A stretch of 64,000 bases of DNA from an uncultured delta proteobacterium (GTDB taxonomy: Bacteria; Desulfobacterota; Syntrophia; Syntrophales; Smithellaceae), in assembly GCA_963753975.1 (NCBI GenBank), contig CAVWEH010000002.1:691375-755374 (forward strand), in the 5' to 3' direction. Positions 1 through 9,859 of this stretch are shown piece by piece (position 1 is the stretch's first letter; each line of letters begins with the position of its first letter). Both the position numbers and the translations under genes were made by a program. Under the pieces are notes generated by a model. It saw only the letters and a program-made list of their open reading frames with translations. It did no database searches and was not told the DNA's origin.

Positions 1-257
1 GCATGAGCGTTTAAAATTTTTCTATCCGCTGGCCGCAGGTTATATTTATCGAAATCAAAATGAATATTTCCCAACTCGAATTTCTGTTCTCCCGTGGCAA
101 CAAGTGGTGCCGGAGCCGACTTCATCTCTTCCTGTTTGGCATTCTGCGGCTGCGCAGAATTTTCTACAACTGTTTCTTTTTTAGCACATCCGGTCATCCC
201 TAAAAAAACAGCCACTGCTAAAAGAGTTATAACCTTGAGATACAATGCGTTTTTCAT
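1..257 (-). CDS. Pal/OmpA-family peptidoglycan-associated lipoprotein (partial; runs off window start)
   Basis: Manual translation MKNALYLKVITLLAVAVFLGMTGCAKKETVV...ELGNIHFDFDKYNLRPADRKILNAH; lipobox MTGC, OmpA-like IHFDFDK motif, AGGAGG RBS upstream. Not in the ORF track. Confidence 0.8.
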   Translation of the reverse strand, partial: MKNALYLKVITLLAVAVFLGMTGCAKKETVVENSAQPQNAKQEEMKSAPAPLVATGEQKFELGNIHFDFDKYNLRPADRKILNAH

Positions 258-323
258 GACTTTGTTTCCTCCTCATTTTTTTATCGTTTCACAATCGGAC
301 TAGCGCTCATGCATAGTACCAGT

Positions 324-1811
324 CTATTTTGACAAAAGCGTAATATACAAACTCGTTCCATTGCGGTAAATCAACATCAGGATTTCCTGATCAGGCTTAA
401 CCTTACCGACAATCGTATTGTAGTCATTAATATTCGAGATTTTCTTTCTGTTTATTTCCATTATGATATCGTTGGCCTGCAATACACTGCTGGCCGGACT
501 ATCATCGTCCACAGCAATAACCATGACACCTTTGATGCGTGCAGGAATTCCCAGCATTTTTTTCTGGTCGGCTGTAATACTTTGCACATGAATACCGATG
601 AACACGTTCGCTGATTCACTTGTTGTCGGAGATAGCTTTGCCGGCAACTCGCCGATCTGAACAGATAATGTCTTCTCTTTACCTTCATGAAGAACCTTGA
701 TATTTACTTCTGTGCCGGGTTTCGCACTGGCGACCATATTTCGAAACTCAGAAATATCATTGACGTCTTTGCTTCCATATTCCAAGATAATATCGCCGCG
801 CTGGATTCCGGCTTTTTGTGCCGGAGAGTCTTCCGCTATATCACTGACCAAGACACCCTTTTCACTCTTCAATCCGAACTGTCTGGCCAGTACGGAAGTC
901 ATAGGCTGAATGCTTACGCCGAGCCATCCCCTGATTACTTTGCCCCTTTTAATTAGGCTATCCATCACAACTTGGACCATGTTGCTCGGAATTGCAAAGC
1001 CGACACCCTGATATCCTCCAGACGTGGTAGCGATTGCCGTATTAATACCCACCAGTTCGCCTTTAACATTGACCAAAGCGCCGCCGGAATTCCCTGGATT
1101 TATTGCCGCATCAGTCTGAATGAAATCTTCATAGTCCGCGATGCCCACATCGGCCCGCCCAATTGCACTGATAATTCCTGATGTCACTGTCTGGTTCAAG
1201 CCGAAGGGGTTGCCGATCGCAATTACACTTTCACCTACTTTCAATTTATCCGAATCGCCAAGATTGAGAACCGGAAGATTATGGGTATTGATCTTTACCA
1301 CGGCCAGATCGGTTCTGGGATCGGCACCGACAACTTTACCTTTGAATTGTCTCTTATCGGATAACTTCACTGTAATCTCCTCCGATCCCTGCACCACATG
1401 ATTGTTGGTTATAATATAGCCCTCTTTACCTACAATGACACCCGAGCCTAATCCCATTTGTTTATATTTTTCAGGTTTATTATTAAATTGATCGCCGAAG
1501 AAATTTCTAAATAAAGGATCATCAAAAAAAGGATTCGGAATCGATTGGGTGGTTACGGTCCTTTGCGATGAAATATTCACAACTGCCGGTTTGGCAACAG
1601 CCGCTAACTCAGACATGGCCCGATCAATCCTGGACAAAAGATCAATGGATTCTTTGGAAATATTAACTTCTTGAGCTTGACTGGTTTTAAATATGCCGAA
1701 ATTTGAAGTAAGAATTGATCCGCAAACGATACCGATAAAAATTAAGACTGCTGTAAAGATCAGATACTTTATTTTTGTTTTCATACTGGCTACCTTTCTT
1801 CCTAAAATCAT
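324..1811 (-). CDS. degP: DegP/HtrA (Do family) serine protease with two PDZ domains; start probably 1784
   Basis: GSGV, TNNHVV, DLAVVK, IQTDAAINPGNSGGAL motifs; N-terminal signal/TM; RGWLGV PDZ. Confidence 0.92.
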   Translation of the reverse strand: MILGRKVASMKTKIKYLIFTAVLIFIGIVCGSILTSNFGIFKTSQAQEVNISKESIDLLSRIDRAMSELAAVAKPAVVNISSQRTVTTQSIPNPFFDDPLFRNFFGDQFNNKPEKYKQMGLGSGVIVGKEGYIITNNHVVQGSEEITVKLSDKRQFKGKVVGADPRTDLAVVKINTHNLPVLNLGDSDKLKVGESVIAIGNPFGLNQTVTSGIISAIGRADVGIADYEDFIQTDAAINPGNSGGALVNVKGELVGINTAIATTSGGYQGVGFAIPSNMVQVVMDSLIKRGKVIRGWLGVSIQPMTSVLARQFGLKSEKGVLVSDIAEDSPAQKAGIQRGDIILEYGSKDVNDISEFRNMVASAKPGTEVNIKVLHEGKEKTLSVQIGELPAKLSPTTSESANVFIGIHVQSITADQKKMLGIPARIKGVMVIAVDDDSPASSVLQANDIIMEINRKKISNINDYNTIVGKVKPDQEILMLIYRNGTSLYITLLSK

Positions 1812-1821
1812 GGGAAAAACT

Positions 1822-1849
1822 TCAAGGGCAGTCCGGAGACTGCCTTTGA
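1822..1849. terminator. hairpin between usp and degP
   Basis: TCAAGGGCAGTC-CGGA-GACTGCCTTTGA inverted repeat. Confidence 0.45.
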
Positions 1850-1904
1850 AGAGCTCCCCTGTCCTTATTCGTTCTAAAATTCAATATCTGTATATTATGG
1901 AAAA

Positions 1905-2357
1905 TCAACTTCGCACCAGCAATACAGGAGATTTGGCTCTTTTCATAACTTTATCGACAACGCCGCCCAGCAAATTTTTCAAAATTCCTGTTTTCCCATG
2001 CGAAGCAATTACAATCAGATCAATGCTTTTTTCTTCCTGTTCTTTGAGTATCTCTTCGTAGGGAATGCCTCTTCTTGTATCATAAACAATTTCTATGTCG
2101 GAATGATTGTCCGTAACTTTTTTAACTTCCTGTTGCAGTTTATCTTTTGCATTTTTTATACTTTCTTTATAAATTTTCTGGACAACTCCTTCATCCACAC
2201 AATAATCGACTGCACATTGTTGAAACCCGTCATCAATAACATGAAAAAGATAAATCTTGGCTTTATTTTGTTTGGCAATATCTATCGCCTGTTTTAACGC
2301 GTTATCCGCATAAACTGAAAAATCCGTTGGTACTAAGATTTTCTTTGGTGCAAACAT
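1905..2357 (-). CDS. universal stress protein (UspA family)
   Basis: KKILVPTDFS start, DLIVIASHGKTG, LLGGVVDKV, PVLLVR end. Confidence 0.92.
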   Translation of the reverse strand: MFAPKKILVPTDFSVYADNALKQAIDIAKQNKAKIYLFHVIDDGFQQCAVDYCVDEGVVQKIYKESIKNAKDKLQQEVKKVTDNHSDIEIVYDTRRGIPYEEILKEQEEKSIDLIVIASHGKTGILKNLLGGVVDKVMKRAKSPVLLVRS

Positions 2358-2485
2358 AATGTCCTCCTTATCTTTATTTATCGTTAATATTTATGATTAT
2401 TCTGAAATTTACAATAATGGTTGTTCTGTAGGTAAGTAGTAGGATAAAGCTACTATTTCTGATTTCTGAAAAACATCTACCGCAA

Positions 2486-2521
2486 AAGATCCTCCTCTGT
2501 ATTGGACAGAGGAGGATCTTT
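2486..2521. terminator. intrinsic terminator downstream of ferritin gene
   Basis: AAAGATCCTCCTCTGT-ATTGG-ACAGAGGAGGATCTTT perfect stem. Confidence 0.8.
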
Positions 2522-2543
2522 AAATTATTCAGGCAATACGTTT

Positions 2544-3089
2544 TTATGCAACAATATTGTAAGCTACCGGATCAAGCGGTGATCCTGCTGTAAAAACACG
2601 TGTGGCTAGTTCCCGATCCAGCATCAAAATGCCTTCTTTGGATGTTTCCACCATGGCCAGTTCGCGGGATACTTTTTCCGTATTTTTTTCTTCTTCAATC
2701 TGCTCATTTAAAAACCAGGAAAGCAGCGGCTCGGAGGTATAGTCGTTTTCTTCACGGGATATTTTTGTCAGATTATTAATTTTTCCGGTGATAAATTTTT
2801 CATGTTCATAGGCATCCTGCCAGGCCTCCAGTGGTTTTTTCCAGGTTGTTTTAATCTGCTTTAAATCCAGCAGCGTTACCTGGCCGCCTCTGTCCAGTAT
2901 GTGATCATAAAACTTCATGGCATGGATCATTTCTTCATGCGCCTGACAACGCATCCAGTGCGCCATACCATCAAGATTCTGTGCGTGGAAATAAGCAGTC
3001 ATCGATAAATAGATGTAGAACGATTCCATTTCATGTTTTATCTGTTCATTCATCGCATTTCTTATTTTTTCCCCAATCATCTGCCGCAC
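2544..3089 (-). CDS. ftnA: non-heme ferritin; start likely 3080
   Basis: NEQIKHEMESFYIYLSM, QAHEEMIHAMKF, AYEHEKFIT, LSWFLNEQIEEE ferroxidase motifs. Confidence 0.92.
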   Translation of the reverse strand: MRQMIGEKIRNAMNEQIKHEMESFYIYLSMTAYFHAQNLDGMAHWMRCQAHEEMIHAMKFYDHILDRGGQVTLLDLKQIKTTWKKPLEAWQDAYEHEKFITGKINNLTKISREENDYTSEPLLSWFLNEQIEEEKNTEKVSRELAMVETSKEGILMLDRELATRVFTAGSPLDPVAYNIVA

Positions 3090-3170
3090 CTTCCTTTCTT
3101 AACTTCAAACCGAATTATCTTTTTTCTTTTTTCAGCCTCATTCTAACCGATAATATTCCACCGATATTTT

Positions 3171-3344
3171 TTATGATACTTTTTCGACATTTTGTTCATT
3201 ATATTCCGGCGGCGACTGCAAAAGACCGGCAATGCGTGTTTTGTATTCAAGAGCAGGAAAATCTTCTTTCAGTAAATGACCGACTAATTTATCTATACGA
3301 AATTGCAACTGCTGCCATCCTTGATCCATTGTGTTCTGATTCAT
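3171..3344 (-). CDS. 57-aa small protein, divergent CsbD/YjbJ-like
   Basis: Manual translation MNQNTMDQGWQQLQFRIDKLVGHLLKEDFPALEYKTRIAGLLQSPPEYNEQNVEKVS; AAGGAGG RBS; below the ORF-track cutoff. Confidence 0.6.
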   Translation of the reverse strand: MNQNTMDQGWQQLQFRIDKLVGHLLKEDFPALEYKTRIAGLLQSPPEYNEQNVEKVS

Positions 3345-3474
3345 AAATGACCTCCTTTATTTGATTATTATGTTGTGTTAACAACTAATTATTTTATTGT
3401 TGTAATCGTTCTTTTTTTACTTAAATTGAATACTATAGCTCACATTCCCCGCAACTTATGGTGGAGAGCTCCAC

Positions 3475-4092
3475 TTAATCTTTACGTGCCAATTTTGCAG
3501 CAATTTGAGCAACATGCTTGCCCTGGTATCTTGCGGCCTGCAGTTCATTTTCGCTGGGCATTCTTTCACCCTTACCGCCAGCAATGGTGGAAGCGCCATA
3601 AGGAGATGAACCGGTGATTTCATCAATACGCATTTGCCCTCCAAAAGCATAAGGCAAGCCTACAATGATCATTCCTTGATGAAGCAGGGTAGTATGGAAG
3701 CTGAGGATTGTTGATTCCTGGCCTCCATGTTGTGTTGCCGAGCTGGTAAAGACACTTCCTACTTTACCGACAAGAAGCCCCTTGGCCCAAACCCCTCCCG
3801 TGGAATCGAGAAATTGACGCATCTGACCGCACATATTGCCGAAACGCGTCGGTGTGCCGAATATAATTGCATCAGCAGAAACCAAATCGTCTGCAGTACA
3901 AACATTAATCTGAGCAGTTTTCTTCTGAAAATCCAGGGCTCCCATTTTCTTTAAAGCGTCAGCGGGCAAAGTTTCCGGTACGCGATAGATTTTCACTTCG
4001 GCGCCTCTGACCTGTTTTACGCCTTCAGCTACTGCTTCAGCCATTTTATATATATGACCATACATCGAGTAATAAACGATTAGAACCTTCAT
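3475..4092 (-). CDS. wrbA: NAD(P)H:quinone oxidoreductase WrbA
   Basis: [34 protein letters not shown] motifs. Confidence 0.95.
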   Translation of the reverse strand: MKVLIVYYSMYGHIYKMAEAVAEGVKQVRGAEVKIYRVPETLPADALKKMGALDFQKKTAQINVCTADDLVSADAIIFGTPTRFGNMCGQMRQFLDSTGGVWAKGLLVGKVGSVFTSSATQHGGQESTILSFHTTLLHQGMIIVGLPYAFGGQMRIDEITGSSPYGASTIAGGKGERMPSENELQAARYQGKHVAQIAAKLARKD

Positions 4093-4309
4093 AACCTTCT
4101 TATCCTTCCCTTTGATGACTTTTCAGTTGGAATGAAATAATTATTCTTATCGCTGTTCTTCCTTACGGATTTCATCTTGCGACTGTAAATTAATGTAAGG
4201 GGTGAATGAAAACAATACTGATTAATTGTAAGGGAAATAGTAGGTAATGCCTACCACCCCTTTAAAAGATGATGAAACTTACAAAGGGGATTAAAAGAGA
4301 AAAATTTTA

Positions 4310-5398
4310 TTATTCTCGCCTCATGACATGTACAGCAGTGGCTTTGAAGGACACGACTACATTTGAATTTTCACGTATGCCCAGATCCTCGCAAGAAGGC
4401 GTGGTGATATAAGCAACGAGAGAAAAACCGCAGTCCAAAACGAGTTTATAAAAAAACCCTTGCCGGACAATTTTCCCAATTTTTGCGTCAAAGATATTAC
4501 GCGCGCTTATTTTGCCCTGTGTATCTTTGGATATCGTAATATTTTCCGGCCGTAAACAACAGTGAACATTTTGTCCCGGAGCGAAATTGCCTACGGCTTC
4601 AATAATTTTTCCAGCTACGGAAATCTCCATCAGGCCTGCATTGCTGCTTTTGACAGTGCCTTCCAAAACCGATTCTGTTCCGACGAAGTTAGCTATAAAT
4701 TCATCAGCCGGCTGATTAAATATTTCTGCAGTTGTTCCCGATTGCACGATTTTACCGCCGTTCATGAACGCAACATTCTGTGCCAAACGCAGTGTTTCTT
4801 CTCGGTCGTGCAGCGCCACCACGGCCGTTATTTTTGTTTCCTTTAAAATCCGCTGCAAATCGTCAATGATGGCTTCACGGGAAGGCGGATCAAGAGAGTT
4901 AAAGGGTTCATCCAATAAAATCAGTTGGGGCTGAAGGGCAAAAGCGCGCGCCAGTGATACCCTTCTGGCTTCACCTCCCGAAAGTGATTTCGCCGATCTT
5001 TTTTCCAGTTGCGCGATTCCAAAATAATCCAATGATTCGCCAACACGATTTTTGATCTCATAATTTTTTACTTTTCGAAATTTCAAACCAAGGGCAACAT
5101 TTTCATAAACCGAACTACTAAGAAGTAAGGGCTCCTGAAAAACGACGGCTGCGTTGCGGCGGAGAATCATGCGGTCAACACGCGAATTTATCGGCAATTC
5201 TTGGAAATAGAGCTGTCCCTGCCAAGGCTTCAACAAACCGGCCATCGTTAAAAGCAGGCTGGACTTCCCGGCACCGTTGGGTCCGATCAAGACGAATATT
5301 TTCCCCCGTTCCACAGTGAGTTCGCTAATATTCAATACAGCTACACCGCCGCGCTGAACGATTAAATTTTTAACGGTAAGAATATTCTCAGATTTCAT
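4310..5398 (-). CDS. tupC: tungstate ABC transporter ATPase with TOBE domains
   Basis: GPNGAGKS, LSGGE, LLDEP; C-terminal SARN...FKATAVHV TOBE. Confidence 0.85.
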   Translation of the reverse strand: MKSENILTVKNLIVQRGGVAVLNISELTVERGKIFVLIGPNGAGKSSLLLTMAGLLKPWQGQLYFQELPINSRVDRMILRRNAAVVFQEPLLLSSSVYENVALGLKFRKVKNYEIKNRVGESLDYFGIAQLEKRSAKSLSGGEARRVSLARAFALQPQLILLDEPFNSLDPPSREAIIDDLQRILKETKITAVVALHDREETLRLAQNVAFMNGGKIVQSGTTAEIFNQPADEFIANFVGTESVLEGTVKSSNAGLMEISVAGKIIEAVGNFAPGQNVHCCLRPENITISKDTQGKISARNIFDAKIGKIVRQGFFYKLVLDCGFSLVAYITTPSCEDLGIRENSNVVVSFKATAVHVMRRE

Positions 5399-6093
5399 CG
5401 CGTATGCTGCCTTTGCTGTATCTGCGTGAGCAGGAGATTAACGAGGAAGGCGAGCAGCAGCAGGATAATACTCAGCGCAATAGCGATGTCAAAATTTCCT
5501 TTGCCGGTTTCCATAACCGTGGCTGTGGTGAGCACGCGTGAATACCCCTTGATATTACCGCCGACCATGATGGAAGCACCAACTTCGGAAATCACTCCTC
5601 CAAAACCGGCCATAACCGCCGCCAGAAGCGGCAACTTTGCTTCTTTGATCAATACCCACACCATCTGCAACCGGCTTGCTCCCAGCGAAAGAATCTGCAT
5701 GCGCAAATTTGGCGGCAAATTTTGCATGGCGGCAAGCGAGATACCCATTACAATGGGCGTAGCAATAATTGCCTGCGCGACAATCATAGCGGTTGGTGTA
5801 TAAAGAATCTCCATAAACCCTAGAGGACCGCTGCGCCAAATCATGATAGTCACAAACAATCCAACAACGACGGGTGGCAAGCCCATCCCCGTATTGATTA
5901 AACTGATGACCAGCCTCTTCCCGCGAAAATTGGTTAAAGCAATGGCTGTTCCAATGGAAACCCCGATGAAAAGGCTGATGAATGTAGCTGTCCCCGATAC
6001 CTTCAGAGACAGCCATGTAATGCCCAAAACTTCCGGGTCAAAAGAAATAATCAGCTCAAATGCCTTGATAACGCCTTGTAATATTAATTCCAA
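5395..6093 (-). CDS. tupB: tungstate ABC transporter permease
   Basis: MGLPPVVVGL, ISEVGASIMVGGNI, RVLTTA typical of TupB. Confidence 0.9.
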   Translation of the reverse strand: MELILQGVIKAFELIISFDPEVLGITWLSLKVSGTATFISLFIGVSIGTAIALTNFRGKRLVISLINTGMGLPPVVVGLFVTIMIWRSGPLGFMEILYTPTAMIVAQAIIATPIVMGISLAAMQNLPPNLRMQILSLGASRLQMVWVLIKEAKLPLLAAVMAGFGGVISEVGASIMVGGNIKGYSRVLTTATVMETGKGNFDIAIALSIILLLLAFLVNLLLTQIQQRQHTR

Positions 6094-6117
6094 TCAATGC
6101 CTCTGACAATTCTATTG

Positions 6118-6990
6118 CTATTTTCCTAAATCTTCCATCGTTTTGCCCGCGTCGGGGAAGAACAAAGGCGAACCGAATTTATCCACGCCGAATGTTTTAA
6201 TTATTTCCTGCGTTTTTTTGGAGATCATAAAATCGGCAAATGCTTTCGCACCGGCCGCGTTGACTTTCGACCATTTAGCGCTGTTGACTTCAATCACGTG
6301 ATAAATATTGAGCAGCGCCGCATCGCCTTCCACCAGAATATCCAATCCCAGATTTTTCTTGAGGGCTAAATAGGTTCCACGGTCGGCGAGCGTATAGCCT
6401 TTTTTCTCCGCCGCAACATTCAAAGTCTGTCCCATACCTAATCCGGTTTCCTGATACCAATTCTGCCCGACAGGATTGATCTCTGCTTTATTCCATATTT
6501 TTTTTTCTTTCGCATCTGTTCCCGAATTATCTCCGCGCGATAAAAACAAAGCGTTCGCTTTAGCAATCAACTTAAGTGTTTCAGACGATGATTTCATCCC
6601 TTTAATTTTGGCCGGATCAGCACCCGGTCCGACAATAATGAAATCATTGTGCATCACTAAACGCCGGTTGATGCCATAACCCTCATCGATAAACTTTTTT
6701 TCTGCATCCGGTGAATGAACAAGCAGGACATCCGCTTCGCCCCTCTGTCCCATCGCCATGGCCTGACCGGAACCGACAGCAATAGTCTTGACAAAGTAGC
6801 CTGTTTGTTTTTCAAATATAGGAATCAGCACATCGAGCAATCCTGAGTCCTGCGTGCTCGTCGTTGTCGCCAGAAGAATGTTTTTCTGTTTGGATTGCGG
6901 CTTGGCGGCTAAAGAATTTGATGCGCCAAAGGCAAATAATACCGCCGTGATGAATATAATGATTAATTTATTGTTTCTTAATAATTTCAT
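6118..6990 (-). CDS. tupA: tungstate-binding protein TupA (canonical TTTS motif)
   Basis: LATTTSTQDSGLL, VGSGQA, MHNDFIIVGP, SRGDNSGT. Confidence 0.92.
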   Translation of the reverse strand: MKLLRNNKLIIIFITAVLFAFGASNSLAAKPQSKQKNILLATTTSTQDSGLLDVLIPIFEKQTGYFVKTIAVGSGQAMAMGQRGEADVLLVHSPDAEKKFIDEGYGINRRLVMHNDFIIVGPGADPAKIKGMKSSSETLKLIAKANALFLSRGDNSGTDAKEKKIWNKAEINPVGQNWYQETGLGMGQTLNVAAEKKGYTLADRGTYLALKKNLGLDILVEGDAALLNIYHVIEVNSAKWSKVNAAGAKAFADFMISKKTQEIIKTFGVDKFGSPLFFPDAGKTMEDLGK

Positions 6991-7006
6991 TTTACACTCC
7001 TTGTAA

Positions 7007-7885
7007 TTAAAATATTTTGATTTGTTTTATTTTTCTCTGAGCTCTCTGCCATTCTAGAGAATTAGGGAAAAATAGGGGCGAACCGTATTTATCCTTGCCA
7101 AAATCCCGGATAATGAGCTGTCCTTTTTTAGGCGAGGTCAGCCATTTAACAAAGGTTATCGTATCATTGTGATTAACTTTGGGGAATTTTTTTGGATTAA
7201 CCGGTATGAGTGAAATATAATTTAAAAGAGCTTCATCACTTTCGACCAGAATGGCCAGCTTAATTTGATCCTTCAGCGATAGATATGTAGCGCGGTCAAT
7301 CAATGTATAGGCCGCCTGCCGATCCGTGTATTTCAATGTGGCGACATTCCCCTCCGCACCTTTTTCATAAATCACATACCATGATCTTTCCGGCTTGACG
7401 TCCGCTTTTTTCCAGAGCTCCATTTCCGCCACATTGGTCCCTGATTTATCCCCGCGGCTGATAAAAGTAGAGCCGCTGGTCATAATTTTTTTTAGTGCCT
7501 CCGTCGCTATTTTTGATCCCTTAATGGCGGCGGGATCGGCAGCAGGCCCAACAATAACAAAATCATTGTACATGAGAGGAATTCTTCGTGTACCGAAACC
7601 ATCAGCGACAAACTTTTCTTCCAAAGATTTGGCGTGAACCATCACCAAGTCGATCTGGCCTTTCGTAGCCATATCCAGTGCTGCGCCTGTTCCCGCGCCC
7701 ACGTGGCGAACACGAATACCCGTATCTTTTTCAAACCTATCTTCTAAAACGCTGACAATTCCCGAGTCAATGGGGCCGATGGTGCTGGATAACAGGATAA
7801 ACTTATACCCACCTCCTGCCAGTGCAATAGACGGGAAAACTAAAAGAAGTAAGACTAAACATTTACCAATACTTTTTTTCATCAT
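7007..7885 (-). CDS. second TupA-like anion-binding protein (STIGP variant)
   Basis: LSSTIGPIDSGI in place of TTTSTQDSG; GAGTGAAL, MYNDFVIVGP, SRGDKSGT. Confidence 0.85.
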   Translation of the reverse strand: MMKKSIGKCLVLLLLVFPSIALAGGGYKFILLSSTIGPIDSGIVSVLEDRFEKDTGIRVRHVGAGTGAALDMATKGQIDLVMVHAKSLEEKFVADGFGTRRIPLMYNDFVIVGPAADPAAIKGSKIATEALKKIMTSGSTFISRGDKSGTNVAEMELWKKADVKPERSWYVIYEKGAEGNVATLKYTDRQAAYTLIDRATYLSLKDQIKLAILVESDEALLNYISLIPVNPKKFPKVNHNDTITFVKWLTSPKKGQLIIRDFGKDKYGSPLFFPNSLEWQRAQRKIKQIKIF

Positions 7886-7927
7886 CCCCGACTCCTTTTC
7901 TTACTTTAATATTTTATAGAGAATAGA

Positions 7928-8845
7928 TCATTGCTGGGAATAAAGAATTTTCCCGGAGTCTCTGAAATCATAACCGCCGATTTTTTCCACACGGCCGCGG
8001 AATGCATTCGATTTTAGTGTCTCGATGAATGATTGCACGCCCGCTTGAAAATACGTGGATTGATCAAGAATCATATCAAAGCATTCTGAAGTTATAGGCT
8101 CAAAAGCCAGCCTTAAAAGCTTTCCTATGGCGGCAGAGGCTATACCAACATCGGCTTCACCGGAAAGAATAGAAAGGCCTACCTCAAAATGAGTATAAAC
8201 TTCTTTTTCATACCCATCGATTTCTTCAGGATCAATTCCCAATTTCTGTAAATGATAATCCAAAAGCAGCCTCGTTCCCGAACCTTTTTGGCGGTTGATG
8301 AAACTAATTTTTCTGCCGGCAAGGCTTTCAAATCCGGTAATATGAGAAGATTTACTTTGCTGACACAGAAAACCCAGCTCGCGATAAAAGAGGTTGACAA
8401 CCACGGGGTTAACGTTTTGCAGATAGCGGGGCAAATACGGGATATTATATTGACCGCTTTCGGGATCGAAAAGATGGGATAAGGCAATATCGGTCAATCC
8501 TTCATTGAGCGCTTTTAGACCATTAACGCTTCCGGTGTTGGCTGAAAAAATATAAAAATCGGGATGAGATTTTTTTGTCGCGGTCAAGAGCATGTCCAAA
8601 ACGGGATCGTTACTGCCGGAGGCTAGAATAGCGCCGCTAATTCTATTGCTCTTATTTCGTGCTTGTTTCAGACCGGATTGCGCATTAGTTTCAATCCATT
8701 CATCGATAAATTTTTTGGGGAATATCCACTTGCCTGTTACCCGCGTGCAGGGAATTCGTCCGGCTTTAATCAAGGCGTAAACCTGTTTTTCGTGGATATC
8801 AAGATATTCAGCCACTTCCTTAGTATTCATTAATTCTTCAGACAT
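7928..8845 (-). CDS. excisionase-type HTH (HTH_17) plus PBP-like oxyanion-sensing transcriptional regulator
   Basis: N-terminal LMNTKEVAEYL...GKWIF; C-terminal GSNDP, GSVNGL, INRQKGSGTR. Confidence 0.85.
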   Translation of the reverse strand: MSEELMNTKEVAEYLDIHEKQVYALIKAGRIPCTRVTGKWIFPKKFIDEWIETNAQSGLKQARNKSNRISGAILASGSNDPVLDMLLTATKKSHPDFYIFSANTGSVNGLKALNEGLTDIALSHLFDPESGQYNIPYLPRYLQNVNPVVVNLFYRELGFLCQQSKSSHITGFESLAGRKISFINRQKGSGTRLLLDYHLQKLGIDPEEIDGYEKEVYTHFEVGLSILSGEADVGIASAAIGKLLRLAFEPITSECFDMILDQSTYFQAGVQSFIETLKSNAFRGRVEKIGGYDFRDSGKILYSQQ

Positions 8846-8991
8846 AACACCCCCTAATAGACAGTTTTTTACATAAACGATGCCGACAAGAACTTCAAGG
8901 TATATTATTGTAAATCTTTACTAATTCCTACTTATTATTCCAAGAATCATGTTTAGCAGCCGTATAATTATAGCTTCATACAAAAAATTTC

Positions 8992-9053
8992 TTGACAAAA
9001 GAAAAATAAATGATACACCTGTTTCAAATATTTGTTTAAAGTGATTGTTTCAA
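8992..9053 (+). promoter_or_regulatory. sigma70-like promoter with overlapping tandem TetR-type operator half-sites
   Basis: TTGACA at 8992, TGaTACACC about 16 nt later, then TTCAAAT-N4-GTTTAAA and TTAAAGT-N4-GTTTCAA imperfect palindromes before the TetR gene. Confidence 0.4.
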
Positions 9054-9688
9054 TTAATATGATCGCTGAAAAAAAAGTAAAACCGAGGGTAGAATCAATA
9101 CTGAAAGCAGCCGGGGAAATATTTGCTGAACAAGGCTTTCGCAAAACTACCGTACGGGAAATATGTAAGCGCTCCCGGGTAAACTTAGCAGCAATAAACT
9201 ATTATTTCGGCGACAAAGAAAGATTATATCTGGCCGTTTTAAAATATTACCGTGAACTTGCTATACAAAAATACCCCCTTACTTTCAGCATCAATGAAAC
9301 GGATACACCCAAAGATAAGCTCAGTAATTTTATTCATACTTTTATCTATCGTTTTCTGGAAAAAGGAAAAACTTCATTATTTGGCAAACTTCTTGCCCGG
9401 GAATTTACCGAATCTACCGCGGCGTTAGATGTTTTAGTGGAAGACTTCATCAAGCCAACGTTTATCAAATTATCCTCTATCGTCAGAGAAATTGTGGGCA
9501 ATAAACCTCCTGACAAAATAATAGAACTTTGTGCTATGAGTATTATTGGTCAATGTCTTTATTTCCGTAATGCCCGGCCTATTATTTTCCGGCTGCGGCA
9601 TAAAGAAGGATATACTGACGAAGACATAAAAGAAATAGCCGAACACATAATAAATTTTTCACTAAAAGGGTTGCTTAACTATCAATAA
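9032..9688 (+). CDS. TetR-family regulator, CecR/YbiH-like; start likely 9059
   Basis: TetR HTH (FAEQGFRKTTVREIC...AAINYYFGDKERLY); C-terminal SIIGQCLY...FSLKGL. Confidence 0.88.
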   Translation: MFKVIVSINMIAEKKVKPRVESILKAAGEIFAEQGFRKTTVREICKRSRVNLAAINYYFGDKERLYLAVLKYYRELAIQKYPLTFSINETDTPKDKLSNFIHTFIYRFLEKGKTSLFGKLLAREFTESTAALDVLVEDFIKPTFIKLSSIVREIVGNKPPDKIIELCAMSIIGQCLYFRNARPIIFRLRHKEGYTDEDIKEIAEHIINFSLKGLLNYQ

Positions 9689-9859
9689 CATATAAACTAT
9701 GATCAGATAATAAATGTCGAGAAAAATATTACTCAACATCATCTTAATTTTTATTATCCGGTCAAAATGTTTCGGTAACGTATATAATTACCAAAGATAC
9801 AAAACTCAATGTGCAGCAAAGCATTGAAATTATCAAAAAAGGAATAGGTAAAATTTGGC

